Sequence record: NZ_CP154590.1
Origin: a plasmid
DNA: 64,000 nt
Reading direction: 5' to 3' (one strand)
The position numbers and the translations under genes were made by a program. This document shows, one piece after another, positions 10,502 through 21,872 of this stretch. A model generated the notes under the pieces. The model saw only the letters and a program-made list of their open reading frames with translations, was not told the origin of the DNA and searched no databases. How positions within the stretch are numbered: the stretch's first letter is position 1; each line of letters begins with the position of its first letter.

Positions 10502-12655
10502 TAAATATCTCCTTTTGGGTTGTTAATAAAACATCCAATAAGTTGACTGTGCGTGAAAAAGAAAGTTTTGTGTGATGGCGTTGAAGATCGCACCGTTAAG
10601 CTCTTATGTGGGATGGTGCAGAGCTCGACGACTACCGATAAAACGCAACCGCCGCAAACAGACAAGAAAAAGCCCCAACTGATAACAGTTGGGGCTTCAG
10701 TATTGTGATTGGTGGAGCAATAGCACCCTGAACCCAAAACCTTCTCGCTCAACCGGTAGTGGCTGATAACAACTCGTGAGGGCTATTGCGGGTTAAGCAT
10801 TTAGCGATGTCTAGGGCCAGACTGGACGTCTGAACGCAAGCCGCTGATACTGTACATAACCACAGTATCAGCGGAGGATACCCATGTCGCTGGCAAGGAA
10901 CGCCACGGCGAGTCAATCGCCCACTCAAACAAACGGTTACGAACGCCACCAACCCGACCAGACGCTGCTCTACCAGCTGGTTGAGCAGCACTACCCAGCC
11001 TTCAAAGCCTCACTCGAAGCCCAAGGTCAACACCTGCCTCGCTACATCCAACAAGAATTCAACGACCTCCTCCAATGTGGCCGTCTGGAGTATGGTTTCA
11101 TGCGGGTTCGCTGCGAGGATTGTCATCACGAGCGTCTGGTCGCCTTCAGCTGTAAACGACGCGGCTTTTGCCCTAGCTGCGGTGCCCGCCGGATGGCCGA
11201 GAGTGCGGCGCTGCTGATAGACGAAGTCTTCCCCAAGGAGCCCATTCGCCAGTGGGTGCTCAGCTTTCCTTTCCAGCTACGCTTTTTGCTGGCTCGCCAT
11301 CCCCAGCTGATGGGCCAGGTCTTGAGTATCGTCTATCGTACACTCTCAACTCATCTGATCAAAAAAGCCGGTTACACCAAAGCCTCTGCACAAACTGGCT
11401 CAGTGACTCTTATCCAACGCTTTGGCTCCGCGCTAAATCTCAATGTCCACTACCACATGCTGTTTCTCGATGGTGTCTATGCCGAAGATGACTATGGCAA
11501 GCAACGCTTCCATCGTGTCAAGGCACCCACTTACGATGAGCTGAATACGCTCGCTCACACCCTCAGCCATCGCATCGCTCGCTGCATGGAAAAGCGTGGG
11601 ATTTTGGAGCGTGATGCCGAGAATACGTGGTTGACACTGGAAGAGGGCGAAGACGATACGCTGACTCAATTACATGGTGCTTCGGTTACGTATCGCATTG
11701 CCGTCGGCCCCCAGCAAGGGCGCAAAGTCTTCACCCTGCAAACCTTGCCAGGGCGTGAGGATAAAGCCGACTCAAGCAGTCGAGTAGCCAACCATGCTGG
11801 TTTCTCGCTACACGCCGGTGTGATGGCCGAAGCGCATCAGCGGGATAAGCTTGAGCGCTTGTGTCGCTACATTAGTCGGCCAGCGGTTTCAGAAAAACGT
11901 CTGGCATTAACCGCCAATGGGCAGGTGCGTTACGAGCTCAAAACTCCGTACCGCAATGGCACCACCCATGTGATCTTCGAGCCGCTGGACTTCATCGCCA
12001 AACTCGCTGCGTTGGTACCTAAGCCGCGAGTCAACCTCACACGCTTCCACGGCGTCTTTGCACCGAACAGCAAACACCGAGTTCAAGTAACACCCGCCAA
12101 GCGGGGCAAGAAGCCCGACAAATCGGAAGGTCTCGATACTAACTGGCGTGACAAGAGTCCTGCAGAGCGCCACCGCGCCATGACCTGGATGCAACGCCTC
12201 AAGCGAGTCTTCAATATTGATATTGAAGTCTGCGAACACTGCGGCGGTCACGTCAAAGTGATTGCCAGCATCGAAGATCCGAAGGTCATTGAGCAGATTC
12301 TCAAGCATCTGAAACAGAAAACAGCCAAGGCGAATGCCGCCAAGCAGCGTGAGCTGCCACCAGAACGAGCGCCGCCACTGACTCCCAGCCTGTTCGATCC
12401 ATCACAGAGTCGTCTCTTTGACTGACGACCCCAAATCCAACACTGCTCAACACTGCCAACTTTTAAACGGGGCGGTGGGGCAGTTTGTATCTCTCGAGCT
12501 ATCAGGCTAGAGATTTTACCGCCAAATCGAACCTTATTAGAGCGGTTTAGGCTGGACCGGCAGTTAAAATTGGGGCTTGAGCGGTAAACGAGTGAGGGAA
12601 TTTCAGGTAAGATACTTCGGATGAGGAGCAAAAAGGTGGTTTATACTTCCTATAC
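10502..12655 (+). mobile_element. ISCR1: ISCR1 (IS91-like rolling-circle element). The boundaries are approximate: 2154 bp assumed from the point where sequence diverges from the 3'-CS.
   Basis: The sequence after sul1 diverges from the second 3'-CS copy at about 10502. It contains orf513. oriIS is expected about 230 bp past the orf513 stop. Confidence 0.6.
10884..12425 (+). CDS. orf513: ISCR1 transposase Orf513 (513 aa, HUH rolling-circle).
   Basis: MSLARNATASQSPTQTNGYERHQPDQTLLYQLVEQHYPAFK..., 513 aa. Confidence 0.95.
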   Translation: MSLARNATASQSPTQTNGYERHQPDQTLLYQLVEQHYPAFKASLEAQGQHLPRYIQQEFNDLLQCGRLEYGFMRVRCEDCHHERLVAFSCKRRGFCPSCGARRMAESAALLIDEVFPKEPIRQWVLSFPFQLRFLLARHPQLMGQVLSIVYRTLSTHLIKKAGYTKASAQTGSVTLIQRFGSALNLNVHYHMLFLDGVYAEDDYGKQRFHRVKAPTYDELNTLAHTLSHRIARCMEKRGILERDAENTWLTLEEGEDDTLTQLHGASVTYRIAVGPQQGRKVFTLQTLPGREDKADSSSRVANHAGFSLHAGVMAEAHQRDKLERLCRYISRPAVSEKRLALTANGQVRYELKTPYRNGTTHVIFEPLDFIAKLAALVPKPRVNLTRFHGVFAPNSKHRVQVTPAKRGKKPDKSEGLDTNWRDKSPAERHRAMTWMQRLKRVFNIDIEVCEHCGGHVKVIASIEDPKVIEQILKHLKQKTAKANAAKQRELPPERAPPLTPSLFDPSQSRLFD

Positions 12656-12726
12656 CCTCTGCCGGGCTGGTATGGCGGAGAGCTGCGCCGACACTGCGTA
12701 TCCGTGACCCACACAAAGAAGAAAAA

Positions 12727-13278
12727 ATGGTCGCTCTCCATGAGGCACTGGCGAAATGCAGTGCGGAAAACCCAGTGTTTTACGAAGATGAAGTGGATAT
12801 TCATCTCAACCCGAAAATCGGAGCTGACTGGCAGTTACGCGGGCAGCAAAAACGCGTTGTCACACCGGGCCAGAATGAAAAGTACTATCTTGCCGGTGCG
12901 CTGCACAGCGGTACGGGAAAAGTCAGCTACGTGGGCGGTAACAGCAAAAGCTCAGCCTTATTTATCAGTCTGTTAAAGCATCTTAAAGCGACATACCGGC
13001 GGGCAAAAACGATTACGCTCATTGTCGATAACTACATCATCCACAAAAGCCGTGAAACGTTGCGCTGGCTGAAAGCAAACCCAAAGTTCAGGGTCATTTA
13101 CCAGCCGGTTTACTCGCCGTGGGTCAATCATGTCGAACGGTTGTGGCAGGCACTTCATGAGACAATAACCCGAAATCACCAGTGCCGTTCAATGTGGCAA
13201 CTGTTGAAAAAGGTCCATCACTTTATGAATACCGTCAGCCCATTCCCCGGGGGAAAACATGGGCTGGCTAATGTGTAG
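12727..13278 (+). pseudogene. C-terminal DDE part of an IS630-family-like transposase (no N-terminal HTH), in the ISCR1-captured DNA.
   Basis: 183-aa ORF with a DDE_3-like C-terminus (...IVDNYIIHKS...YQPVYSPWVNHVERLW...). It lacks an N-terminal DNA-binding part. Confidence 0.45.
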
Positions 13279-13503
13279 CGGTATTAGGATCAGTTATTTA
13301 GATAATGAATGTAAGTAGGAAAATAATGACCCATAATATAAAAAAGCGAGCTCCAATACAGGCAGCTCGCAAAAGTCACTCAAGGAAAAACAGAGGGACA
13401 TACCTACTATGTAGATATGGTACTGCTGCGACATGCTACATTCTTTGATTACTGTGATAGCGTTAAATTTTCAATAAGGAGAAAATTTACAAATAGTTTG
13501 GTT

Positions 13504-13764
13504 CTATTTATATACGACAGCGGTAGCGTATGAATTATCTTGAACTCTAAGTGATGAAATTACGAAATGAGTTCCACCAATCATATCTGCTTTTTTAGAT
13601 AGCGAATTAATAATCTCCGATTGGGTTGCACTACCGGTTTTAAAGAAATTAATCTCTCCGACACGAATTGCGTTTATCGGAGTTGGTTCGTTATAAGTAA
13701 TTTCTGTCGCCGCGTAACTACTGAAAATGGGGAATAGCAATGCTAATACAAGTATACTTTTCAT
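13504..13764 (-). CDS. Small exported DUF1471 (YdgH/BhsA/McbA-like) protein.
   Basis: Signal peptide MKSILVLALLFPIFSSYA followed by the typical ~60-aa DUF1471 core. The longest ORF starts at 13806. Confidence 0.5.
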   Translation of the reverse strand: MKSILVLALLFPIFSSYAATEITYNEPTPINAIRVGEINFFKTGSATQSEIINSLSKKADMIGGTHFVISSLRVQDNSYATAVVYK

Positions 13765-13864
13765 GAACACCTCTTTAACTAAATAGTGGGTATAATAATA
13801 ACTCAAAATTTATAGAATGGATTAACTTAAAAAGACAATAGATAAACAAAAACAGACAAAGTTA

Positions 13865-14095
<231 letters not shown>

Positions 14096-14163
14096 TCAGA
14101 TTCACCGGACAGAACAAACGGTTATTTATAACAAGAGCCTAAAGAAAAACTTACAGGTGGATT

Positions 14164-15039
14164 ATGGTCAGACGTTATCTCCCCCTTAACCCGCTGCGCG
14201 CCTTTGAGGCCGCCGCCCGTCATCTCAGTTTTACCCGCGCGGCGATTGAGCTGAATGTCACCCATGCCGCCGTCAGCCAGCAGGTCAGGGCGCTGGAAGA
14301 ACAACTCGGCTGTGTGCTGTTTACCCGCGTCTCGCGCGGGCTGGTGCTGACCCATGAAGGTGAGGGATTACTGCCGGTGCTCAATGAGGCGTTTGACCGG
14401 ATTGCGGATACTCTGGAGTGTTTTTCTCACGGGCAGTTCCGTGAGCGGGTGAAAGTCGGTGCGGTGGGAACATTTGCCGCAGGCTGGCTGCTGCCGCGTC
14501 TGGCCGGATTCTATGACAGCCATCCGCATATTGATCTGCATATCTCCACCCATAACAATCATGTGGACCCGGCGGCGGAAGGGCATGATTATACGATCCG
14601 TTTCGGTAACGGCGCGTGGCATGAGTCAGATGCGGAACTGATTTTCAGTGCACCACACGCTCCGCTGTGCTCACCGGCCATTGCAGAACAGTTACAGCAG
14701 CCGGATGATGTTCACCGCTTTACCCTGCTGCGCTCATTCCGCCGGGATGAATGGAGCCGCTGGCTGGATTGTGCGGGCGGCACACCGCCTTCCCCGTCAC
14801 AGCCGGTAATGGTGTTCGATACCTCACTGGCCATGGCCGAGGCGGCACAACTGGGTGCCGGGGTAGCGATCGCACCGGTATGTATGTTCAGCCGCCTGTT
14901 ACAGTCAGGCGCACTGGTACAGCCGTTTGCCGCAGAAATCACCCTCGGCGGCTACTGGCTGACGCGGTTACAGTCCCGTACGGAAACCCCGGCCATGCAG
15001 CAATTCGCCCGCTGGCTGCTGAATACGGCGGCGGCGTAA
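14164..15039 (+). CDS. ampR: LysR-family AmpC regulator AmpR (291 aa).
   Basis: MVRRYLPLNPLRAFEAAARHLSFTRAAIELNVTHAAVSQQVRALE... Confidence 0.9.
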   Translation: MVRRYLPLNPLRAFEAAARHLSFTRAAIELNVTHAAVSQQVRALEEQLGCVLFTRVSRGLVLTHEGEGLLPVLNEAFDRIADTLECFSHGQFRERVKVGAVGTFAAGWLLPRLAGFYDSHPHIDLHISTHNNHVDPAAEGHDYTIRFGNGAWHESDAELIFSAPHAPLCSPAIAEQLQQPDDVHRFTLLRSFRRDEWSRWLDCAGGTPPSPSQPVMVFDTSLAMAEAAQLGAGVAIAPVCMFSRLLQSGALVQPFAAEITLGGYWLTRLQSRTETPAMQQFARWLLNTAAA

Positions 15040-15042
15040 AAC

Positions 15043-15360
15043 TCACTCACCTTCCAGGCTTTTTACCCGCAAATCATCACCTTCACTGATGCGCAGCCGT
15101 TCACTGCCGCAGTGCGGACAGCATCCGGCGTGCTGCATGATTTCGGCCTCACGGCTGCAATCCCAGCACCATGCCTGTGCCGGGATAACATCAATATGCA
15201 GTGTGCAGCCCTGCGCCACGGTATCACGGCAGGCGATATCAAAACAGAAATGCAGTGCACTCTCCTCAACATCCGCCAGTGCGCCGACTTCCAGCCAGAC
15301 ATCCGTTACCCGCGCAATGCCGTGCTGTTCAGCCTGTTCGCGGATAATGTCCGCCGCACC
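15043..15360 (-). pseudogene. hybF: Hydrogenase nickel-insertion protein HypA/HybF lacking its first ~10 codons. Fused to antisense of qacEdelta1.
   Basis: ...[69 protein letters not shown] carries CxxC...CxxC zinc motifs. The N-terminal part of the ORF is antisense 3'-CS sequence. Confidence 0.7.
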
Positions 15361-15636
15361 GAGGGCTTTACTAAGCTTGCCCCTTCCGCCGTTGTCATAA
15401 TCGGTTATGGCATCGCATTTTATTTTCTTTCTCTGGTTCTGAAATCCATCCCTGTCGGTGTTGCTTATGCAGTCTGGTCGGGACTCGGCGTCGTCATAAT
15501 TACAGCCATTGCCTGGTTGCTTCATGGGCAAAAGCTTGATGCGTGGGGCTTTGTAGGTATGGGGCTCATAATTGCTGCCTTTTTGCTCGCCCGATCCCCA
15601 TCGTGGAAGTCGCTGCGGAGGCCGACGCCATGGTGA
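15361..15636 (+). pseudogene. qacEdelta1: Second, 5'-truncated copy of qacEdelta1 (starts at ...EGFTKLAPS), typical of the downstream 3'-CS copy of complex class 1 integrons.
   Basis: Identical to 9368-9646. Confidence 0.85.
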
Positions 15637-16469
15637 CGGTGTTCGGCATTCTGAATCTCACCGAGGACTCCTTCTTCGATGAGAGCCGGCGGCTAGACCC
15701 CGCCGGCGCTGTCACCGCGGCGATCGAAATGCTGCGAGTCGGATCAGACGTCGTGGATGTCGGACCGGCCGCCAGCCATCCGGACGCGAGGCCTGTATCG
15801 CCGGCCGATGAGATCAGACGTATTGCGCCGCTCTTAGACGCCCTGTCCGATCAGATGCACCGTGTTTCAATCGACAGCTTCCAACCGGAAACCCAGCGCT
15901 ATGCGCTCAAGCGCGGCGTGGGCTACCTGAACGATATCCAAGGATTTCCTGACCCTGCGCTCTATCCCGATATTGCTGAGGCGGACTGCAGGCTGGTGGT
16001 TATGCACTCAGCGCAGCGGGATGGCATCGCCACCCGCACCGGTCACCTTCGACCCGAAGACGCGCTCGACGAGATTGTGCGGTTCTTCGAGGCGCGGGTT
16101 TCCGCCTTGCGACGGAGCGGGGTCGCTGCCGACCGGCTCATCCTCGATCCGGGGATGGGATTTTTCTTGAGCCCCGCACCGGAAACATCGCTGCACGTGC
16201 TGTCGAACCTTCAAAAGCTGAAGTCGGCGTTGGGGCTTCCGCTATTGGTCTCGGTGTCGCGGAAATCCTTCTTGGGCGCCACCGTTGGCCTTCCTGTAAA
16301 GGATCTGGGTCCAGCGAGCCTTGCGGCGGAACTTCACGCGATCGGCAATGGCGCTGACTACGTCCGCACCCACGCGCCTGGAGATCTGCGAAGCGCAATC
16401 ACCTTCTCGGAAACCCTCGCGAAATTTCGCAGTCGCGACGCCAGAGACCGAGGGTTAGATCATGCCTAG
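15630..16469 (+). CDS. sul1: sul1 copy 2.
   Basis: Identical to copy 1. Confidence 0.95.
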   Translation: MVTVFGILNLTEDSFFDESRRLDPAGAVTAAIEMLRVGSDVVDVGPAASHPDARPVSPADEIRRIAPLLDALSDQMHRVSIDSFQPETQRYALKRGVGYLNDIQGFPDPALYPDIAEADCRLVVMHSAQRDGIATRTGHLRPEDALDEIVRFFEARVSALRRSGVAADRLILDPGMGFFLSPAPETSLHVLSNLQKLKSALGLPLLVSVSRKSFLGATVGLPVKDLGPASLAAELHAIGNGADYVRTHAPGDLRSAITFSETLAKFRSRDARDRGLDHA

Positions 16470-16596
16470 CATTCACCTTCCGGCCGCCCGCTAGCGGACC
16501 CTGGTCAGGTTCCGCGAAGGTGGGCGCAGACATGCTGGGCTCGTCAGGATCAAACTGCACTATGAGGCGGCGGTTCATACCGCGCCAGGGGAGCGA

Positions 16597-16780
16597 ATGG
16601 ACAGCGAGGAGCCTCCGAACGTTCGGGTCGCCTGCTCGGGTGATATCGACGAGGTTGTGCGGCTGATGCACGACGCTGCGGCGTGGATGTCCGCCAAGGG
16701 AACGCCCGCCTGGGACGTCGCGCGGATCGACCGGACATTCGCGGAGACCTTCGTCCTGAGATCCGAGCTCCTAGGGATCG
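16597..16780 (+). pseudogene. orf5: orf5 (GNAT acetyltransferase of the 3'-CS), 3'-truncated.
   Basis: MDSEEPPNVRVACSGDIDEVVRLMHDAAAWMSAKGTPAWDVARIDRTFAETFVLRSELL, then divergent sequence. Confidence 0.7.
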
Positions 16781-16795
16781 CCTCAGAAAACGGAA

Positions 16796-18121
16796 TCTAT
16801 GGTCACTCCCGTTTTTGCAACACCGATTTTGACGACAAGTTGGCTTGCTTGAATCTATCCGGCGTCTGAATGGGATTTTATTCCCGCGCCTTGATGAGTT
16901 CCGCGCCTGATGAACCTCCAGAAAATATACGGCTTCAATGAGCCTTTCCGTTTTACAGGTTCCTCAACAGGCCGGTGGGCCGTTAGTATCATCAATATCA
17001 GTATTCGCAAAACCAGATCAGTAATTCTTTAAACCGGTGTATTTCTGCCGTTATGCTACATAAGTTTGCTGTCGTGCCGTTAGGGCCCAGGCTATTCTGG
17101 CCAGCTTGTTTGCCAGAGCACAAGTGACGACAAAGTTGCTTTTCCGGCACAGTAAATCCCTGACCCAATCGGCCAATTTGCCAGACTGGTGTTCCAGTTT
17201 TTGTATGAATACCCTGGCACATTGAACCAACAAAGTTCGGATCTTTTTATTACCTCGCTTACTAATTCCCAGCAATGTCGTCCTACCTCCCGTGCTGTAC
17301 TGCCGAGGTACAAGCCCTGTTGCCGCCGCAAAGTCACGGCTGCTGGCGTACTGCTTCCCGTCGCCAATCTCAGTTGAAATAGTACTCGCTGTCAGTGTTC
17401 CGACGCAGGGAATGCTCAGCAAGCGCTGTCCAACCTCATCTTCGTCCAACTTTCGTTTCAACTGGGATTCCAAATCTTTAATCTGCTCAACAAGATAGTG
17501 ATAATGCTGTTGTAATTTCAGCAATAACTGGCTGAGGTAAAGAGGCAAACTATTATCCTCAAGAATGGTACTCAGTCGGCTAATAACGGCAGCTCCTCGG
17601 GGAACGCTAATGCCAAATTCCAGCAGAAAAGCATGCATTTGATTGGTTGTTTTTACCTTATCCTGAACCAGGGATTCACGGACACGATGCAGAGCCCGCA
17701 TTGCCTGCTGAGATTCCGTTCTGGGCTGCACAAAACGCATAGACGGACGCGATGCAGCTTCACAAATAGCTTCGGCGTCGACAAAGTCGTTTTTATTGCT
17801 TTTAACGAACGGGCGGACAAATTGTGGTGATATCAGCTTTGGGGAATGCCCCAACTCTTCCAACTTGCGTGCCATAAAGTGAGAACCGCCACAGGCTTCC
17901 ATTGCGATGGTTGTAGCGGGGCATGTCGCCAAAAATTCGATCAACTTTGGCCGGGTAAATTTTTTACGGTAAACAGCCTTCCCGCGACGATCCTGGCAAT
18001 GAATATGGAAAGAGTTTTTACCCAGATCGATACCAATGAGCGCAATGTTTTCCATGATAGTTCTCCGAATGAAAGCCTGTCCTCAGCATAGTACCGGGAA
18101 GGAGGGAGTGACCATCTCATT
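16796..18121 (-). mobile_element. IS5075: IS5075/IS4321-like (IS110 family, IS1111 group) element inserted in a Tn21-subfamily 38-bp inverted repeat.
   Basis: The inverted repeat is split: GGGATCGCCTCAGAAAACGGAA at 16774-16795 and AAATAAAGCACGCTAAG at 18121-18137. The element is about 1.33 kb. This is the site-specific target of IS4321/IS5075. Confidence 0.78.
17051..18055 (-). CDS. IS110-family transposase (334 aa, MENIALIGIDLGKNSFHIHCQ...).
   Basis: DEDD transposase signature N-terminus. Confidence 0.9.
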   Translation of the reverse strand: MENIALIGIDLGKNSFHIHCQDRRGKAVYRKKFTRPKLIEFLATCPATTIAMEACGGSHFMARKLEELGHSPKLISPQFVRPFVKSNKNDFVDAEAICEAASRPSMRFVQPRTESQQAMRALHRVRESLVQDKVKTTNQMHAFLLEFGISVPRGAAVISRLSTILEDNSLPLYLSQLLLKLQQHYHYLVEQIKDLESQLKRKLDEDEVGQRLLSIPCVGTLTASTISTEIGDGKQYASSRDFAAATGLVPRQYSTGGRTTLLGISKRGNKKIRTLLVQCARVFIQKLEHQSGKLADWVRDLLCRKSNFVVTCALANKLARIAWALTARQQTYVA

Positions 18122-18282
18122 AAATAAAGCACGCTAAGCCGTAAGTAAGCGTGCTCCTGTGAAAGCCACAGCTAAAACTGCGTAGTACACATAGAGGTAT
18201 TTTTTTCTAGATTTATATCGAATTTCGTTATCGAATTTCGCTTATTATTGATCAACTCGTTGCAGATCATGAAGGCGAAAGT

Positions 18283-19488
18283 ATGACGAATAACCCTACC
18301 GATGACAGCAGACCATGGTCGGTCTTTCTTATTTTTCTGCGGCTTGGATTGACATCTTTTGGCGGCCCCATTGCGCACTTGGGCTACTTCCGCGCCGAAT
18401 TTGTCACACGGCGGCGCTGGCTCTCCGAACGGAGCTATGCTGACTTGGTCGCGCTTTGTCAGTTCTTGCCAGGGCCTGCAAGCAGCCAGGTCGGCATAGC
18501 GGTAGGACTGTCTCGGGCTGGATACAGCGGGGCGCTGGCTGCTTGGGCTGGCTTCACGCTGCCGTCTGCCATAGCCTTGATCCTTTTTGCGCTCGGCATC
18601 TCCAGCTATGGCGATTACGTCTCGCAGGGCGCGTTGCATGGCTTAAAAGTGGTGGCTGTGGCCGTGGTCGCTCAAGCAGTATGGGGCATGGCGCGTAACC
18701 TATGCACGGATGGGCTGCGAGTCACCATCATGGCAATTGCTACCTGCGTCGTTTTACTTGTGCCGTCCGCGTGGGGACAGGTTGGCGTGATTGCTATCGC
18801 AGGCATCGCAGGCCGGTTATTGTTCAAGCCAGCGAAAGTTGTTGAGCATGACCCCCTACCTATCACGGTCAGTCACCGGGCCGGCGTGCTTTGGCTCTCG
18901 CTGTTCTTTGTCTTGCTGATTGGCCTGCCGGTGTTGGCCGAACTGATGCCAAGTCAAACCATGGCAATGGTGGATTCCTTCTATCGTGTCGGATCACTGG
19001 TGTTCGGCGGTGGTCACGTTGTGCTGCCATTACTGCAAGCCGAAGTGGTGCCCTCCGGCTGGGTCAACAATGAATCCTTTCTCGCGGGGTACGGGGCAGC
19101 TCAAGCGGTGCCCGGCCCTTTGTTCACGTTCGCCGCGTTTCTTGGTGCCTCGATGAACACCGCCCCGTCGGGCTGGATCGGCGGCATTGTGTGTCTGCTG
19201 GCTATCTTCGCGCCCTCGTTCTTGCTGGTCGTCGGATCAATGCCATTTTGGGAGCGTTTGCGCCGCAATACAGGCATCCAAGCTGCGCTGGCCGGGATCA
19301 ATGCCGCTGTAGTCGGCTTGCTGCTGGCCGCGCTGTATCAGCCTGTATGGACTAGCGCCATCTTTCAGCCGCAAGACTTCGGCTTGGCATTAGTTGCCCT
19401 TGTCGCACTTATGTTCTGGAAGCTCCCGCCGTGGCTGGTTGTCCTCGGTAGCGGTGCAGCTGGGTGGCTGTTGAGCGTCGCTCTGTGA
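18283..19488 (+). CDS. chrA: Chromate ion transporter ChrA (401 aa).
   Basis: Two CHR domains (...GGPIAHLGYFRAEFV..., ...GGGHVVLPLLQAEVV...). Confidence 0.9.
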   Translation: MTNNPTDDSRPWSVFLIFLRLGLTSFGGPIAHLGYFRAEFVTRRRWLSERSYADLVALCQFLPGPASSQVGIAVGLSRAGYSGALAAWAGFTLPSAIALILFALGISSYGDYVSQGALHGLKVVAVAVVAQAVWGMARNLCTDGLRVTIMAIATCVVLLVPSAWGQVGVIAIAGIAGRLLFKPAKVVEHDPLPITVSHRAGVLWLSLFFVLLIGLPVLAELMPSQTMAMVDSFYRVGSLVFGGGHVVLPLLQAEVVPSGWVNNESFLAGYGAAQAVPGPLFTFAAFLGASMNTAPSGWIGGIVCLLAIFAPSFLLVVGSMPFWERLRRNTGIQAALAGINAAVVGLLLAALYQPVWTSAIFQPQDFGLALVALVALMFWKLPPWLVVLGSGAAGWLLSVAL

Positions 19489-19498
19489 GGCACAAAAA

Positions 19499-19804
19499 AT
19501 GACTGACAAAGACCTCTACGGCGGTTTGATCCGCCTGCACATCCTTCACCATGCAGCCGAGGAACCTGTCTTTGGGCTGGGGATCATCGAAGAGCTACGC
19601 CGACACGGCTACGAGATGAGCGCTGGCACCGTGTACCCGATGCTGCACGGCCTGGAAAAAAAAGGCTATCTGACCTCACGCCACGAACGCACCGGGCGAC
19701 GTGAACGGCGTGTTTATGACATCACTGAACAAGGCAGAACTGCACTTGCTGATGCGAAAACAAAGGTCAAGGAGCTGTTCGGAGAGTTGGTAGAAGGTGG
19801 TTGA
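19499..19804 (+). CDS. padR: PadR-family transcriptional regulator (orf98-like).
   Basis: 101 aa with a winged-helix PadR signature. The chrA-padR-IS6100 module is standard. Confidence 0.82.
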   Translation: MTDKDLYGGLIRLHILHHAAEEPVFGLGIIEELRRHGYEMSAGTVYPMLHGLEKKGYLTSRHERTGRRERRVYDITEQGRTALADAKTKVKELFGELVEGG

Positions 19805-19958
19805 GTTTTTGCTTCTATGTCAGGTTGAGCTATACCCTAACTGGATTGTCATTTTCAGAAGACGACTGCACCAGTTGATTGGGCGTAATGGCTGTTGTGC
19901 AGCCAGCTCCTGACAGTTCAATATCAGAAGTGATCTGCACCAATCTCGACTATGCTCA

Positions 19959-20849
19959 ATACTCGTGTGGGCTCTGTTGCAAAAATCGTGAAGCTTGAGC
20001 ATGCTTGGCGGAGATTGGACGGACGGAACGATGACGGATTTCAAGTGGCGCCATTTCCAGGGTGATGTGATCCTGTGGGCGGTGCGCTGGTATTGTCGCT
20101 ATCCGATCAGCTATCGCGACCTTGAGGAAATGCTGGCGGAACGCGGCATTTCGGTCGACCATACGACGATCTATCGCTGGGTCCAGTGCTACGCCCCGGA
20201 GATGGAGAAGCGGCTGCGCTGGTTCTGGCGGCGTGGCTTTGATCCGAGCTGGCGCCTGGATGAAACCTACGTCAAGGTGCGGGGCAAGTGGACCTACCTG
20301 TACCGGGCAGTCGACAAGCGGGGCGACACGATCGATTTCTACCTGTCGCCGACCCGCAGCGCCAAGGCAGCGAAGCGGTTCCTGGGCAAGGCCCTGCGAG
20401 GCCTGAAGCACTGGGAAAAGCCTGCCACGCTCAATACCGACAAAGCGCCGAGCTATGGTGCAGCGATCACCGAATTGAAGCGCGAAGGAAAGCTGGACCG
20501 GGAGACGGCCCACCGGCAGGTGAAGTATCTCAATAACGTGATCGAGGCCGATCACGGAAAGCTCAAGATACTGATCAAGCCGGTGCGCGGTTTCAAATCG
20601 ATCCCCACGGCCTATGCCACGATCAAGGGATTCGAAGTCATGCGAGCCCTGCGCAAAGGACAGGCTCGCCCCTGGTGCCTGCAGCCCGGCATCAGGGGCG
20701 AGGTGCGCCTTGTGGAGAGAGCTTTTGGCATTGGGCCCTCGGCGCTGACGGAGGCCATGGGCATGCTCAACCACCATTTCGCAGCAGCCGCCTGATCGGC
20801 GCAGAGCGACAGCCTACCTCTGACTGCCGCCAATCTTTGCAACAGAGCC
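19959..20849 (+). mobile_element. IS6100: IS6100 (IS6 family). By direct count the inverted repeats are 891 bp apart. Ends are approximate to within ~10 bp.
   Basis: GGCTCTGTTGCAAAAATCGTG at 19959 and TTTGCAACAGAGCC ending at 20849. Confidence 0.8.
20031..20795 (+). CDS. IS6100 transposase (254 aa from [35 protein letters not shown]).
   Basis: IS6-family Tnp. Confidence 0.9.
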   Translation: MTDFKWRHFQGDVILWAVRWYCRYPISYRDLEEMLAERGISVDHTTIYRWVQCYAPEMEKRLRWFWRRGFDPSWRLDETYVKVRGKWTYLYRAVDKRGDTIDFYLSPTRSAKAAKRFLGKALRGLKHWEKPATLNTDKAPSYGAAITELKREGKLDRETAHRQVKYLNNVIEADHGKLKILIKPVRGFKSIPTAYATIKGFEVMRALRKGQARPWCLQPGIRGEVRLVERAFGIGPSALTEAMGMLNHHFAAAA

Positions 20850-21287
20850 CGCCGTGCTAGTCTGCTCGGTGATGGTGGAGTGAAGCCAACCCGCAATCGG
20901 GTTATGAATCTGCATCGCGATTCGCAATCAGCTGTCTCTTGAGCATGTCGAACTCCTGCGATGTTATCTCGCCGTGCTCGTGCTGCTACACCAACTTGTC
21001 CAACTCATCCGCCACACCGCTCCCCACCACCTGCGATGGCCAGGTTGTTTGCTGGGCGCATTGGCGGAGTATCGTCTCGACCCGGGACACCCACACCGGC
21101 ACAACCTTACGGGAGTGATTCACTGTCAAAGAATCGGCCCGGTGCTCTGACGCAAGTATCGGGATGGTCACCATTTGTAAGCCGTAGACCTGAGTGGTGA
21201 TCAAGACTTCGATACCACCGACCGTACCGGTACTAATCGACGACGGTCGTGTTCGTCGCCTGCCGCAGGGACTCTGCACACCTCCGT

Positions 21288-21872
21288 TTACGCATGTGCC
21301 TGGAGGAGTTGGAAATCGTCGTGTTCGGGAAACATTAAACACAGGATGGCAGCGATCTGAGCCAGCACATGATCAGCTAGCTCACCATCCGGATCGACGG
21401 CCCACTGCATCGTCGCGCCAGCGATGACCGAGTGCAGGAGCAACTCAGCTGCCGCAGGAGCACCTGGGGGCAGTCGCTTGCGGATCCCCTCCACCACCGC
21501 GCGGTTCCGCTGGATCGCAAGCGTGCGTAGCTCCGGCACCTGGAGCTCGTACCAGGAGATGAGATAGTTCACCGAGAAGTCGTTGCGAGTGTTCATGCTC
21601 CGAACGAGCACCTGCAAAAATTCCCAGAGCCCTTGCGGCCCTGCGCCTATCGGTATCGCATTCAGGTAATGCCGCACCTGCTCGACGCCGCGCTCCATCA
21701 TCCTCACCAGCAGCGTATCGCGGTTGGTGAAGCGCTGGATTAACGCTGCGCGGGAGAGCCCCACCTCCTTTGCTACTCCGCTGAGCGTGAACTCTATGGG
21801 ACCGCAACGCTTCAGCACTACGGTGGCGGCCTCGAGTACCTCGTCATCGGACTTGAGCTTGGGGCGGGGCAT
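21288..21872 (-). CDS. mphR(A): TetR-family repressor of the macrolide phosphotransferase operon.
   Basis: 194 aa, MPRPKLKSDDEVLEAATVVLKRCGPIEFTLSGVAKEVGLSRAALIQRF... Confidence 0.82.
   Translation of the reverse strand: MPRPKLKSDDEVLEAATVVLKRCGPIEFTLSGVAKEVGLSRAALIQRFTNRDTLLVRMMERGVEQVRHYLNAIPIGAGPQGLWEFLQVLVRSMNTRNDFSVNYLISWYELQVPELRTLAIQRNRAVVEGIRKRLPPGAPAAAELLLHSVIAGATMQWAVDPDGELADHVLAQIAAILCLMFPEHDDFQLLQAHA

Noticed and set aside
18172-18639. 155-aa minus-strand ORF overlapping the chrA 5' end.
   Set aside because: It overlaps a well-supported transporter gene on the opposite strand and has no independent signals.
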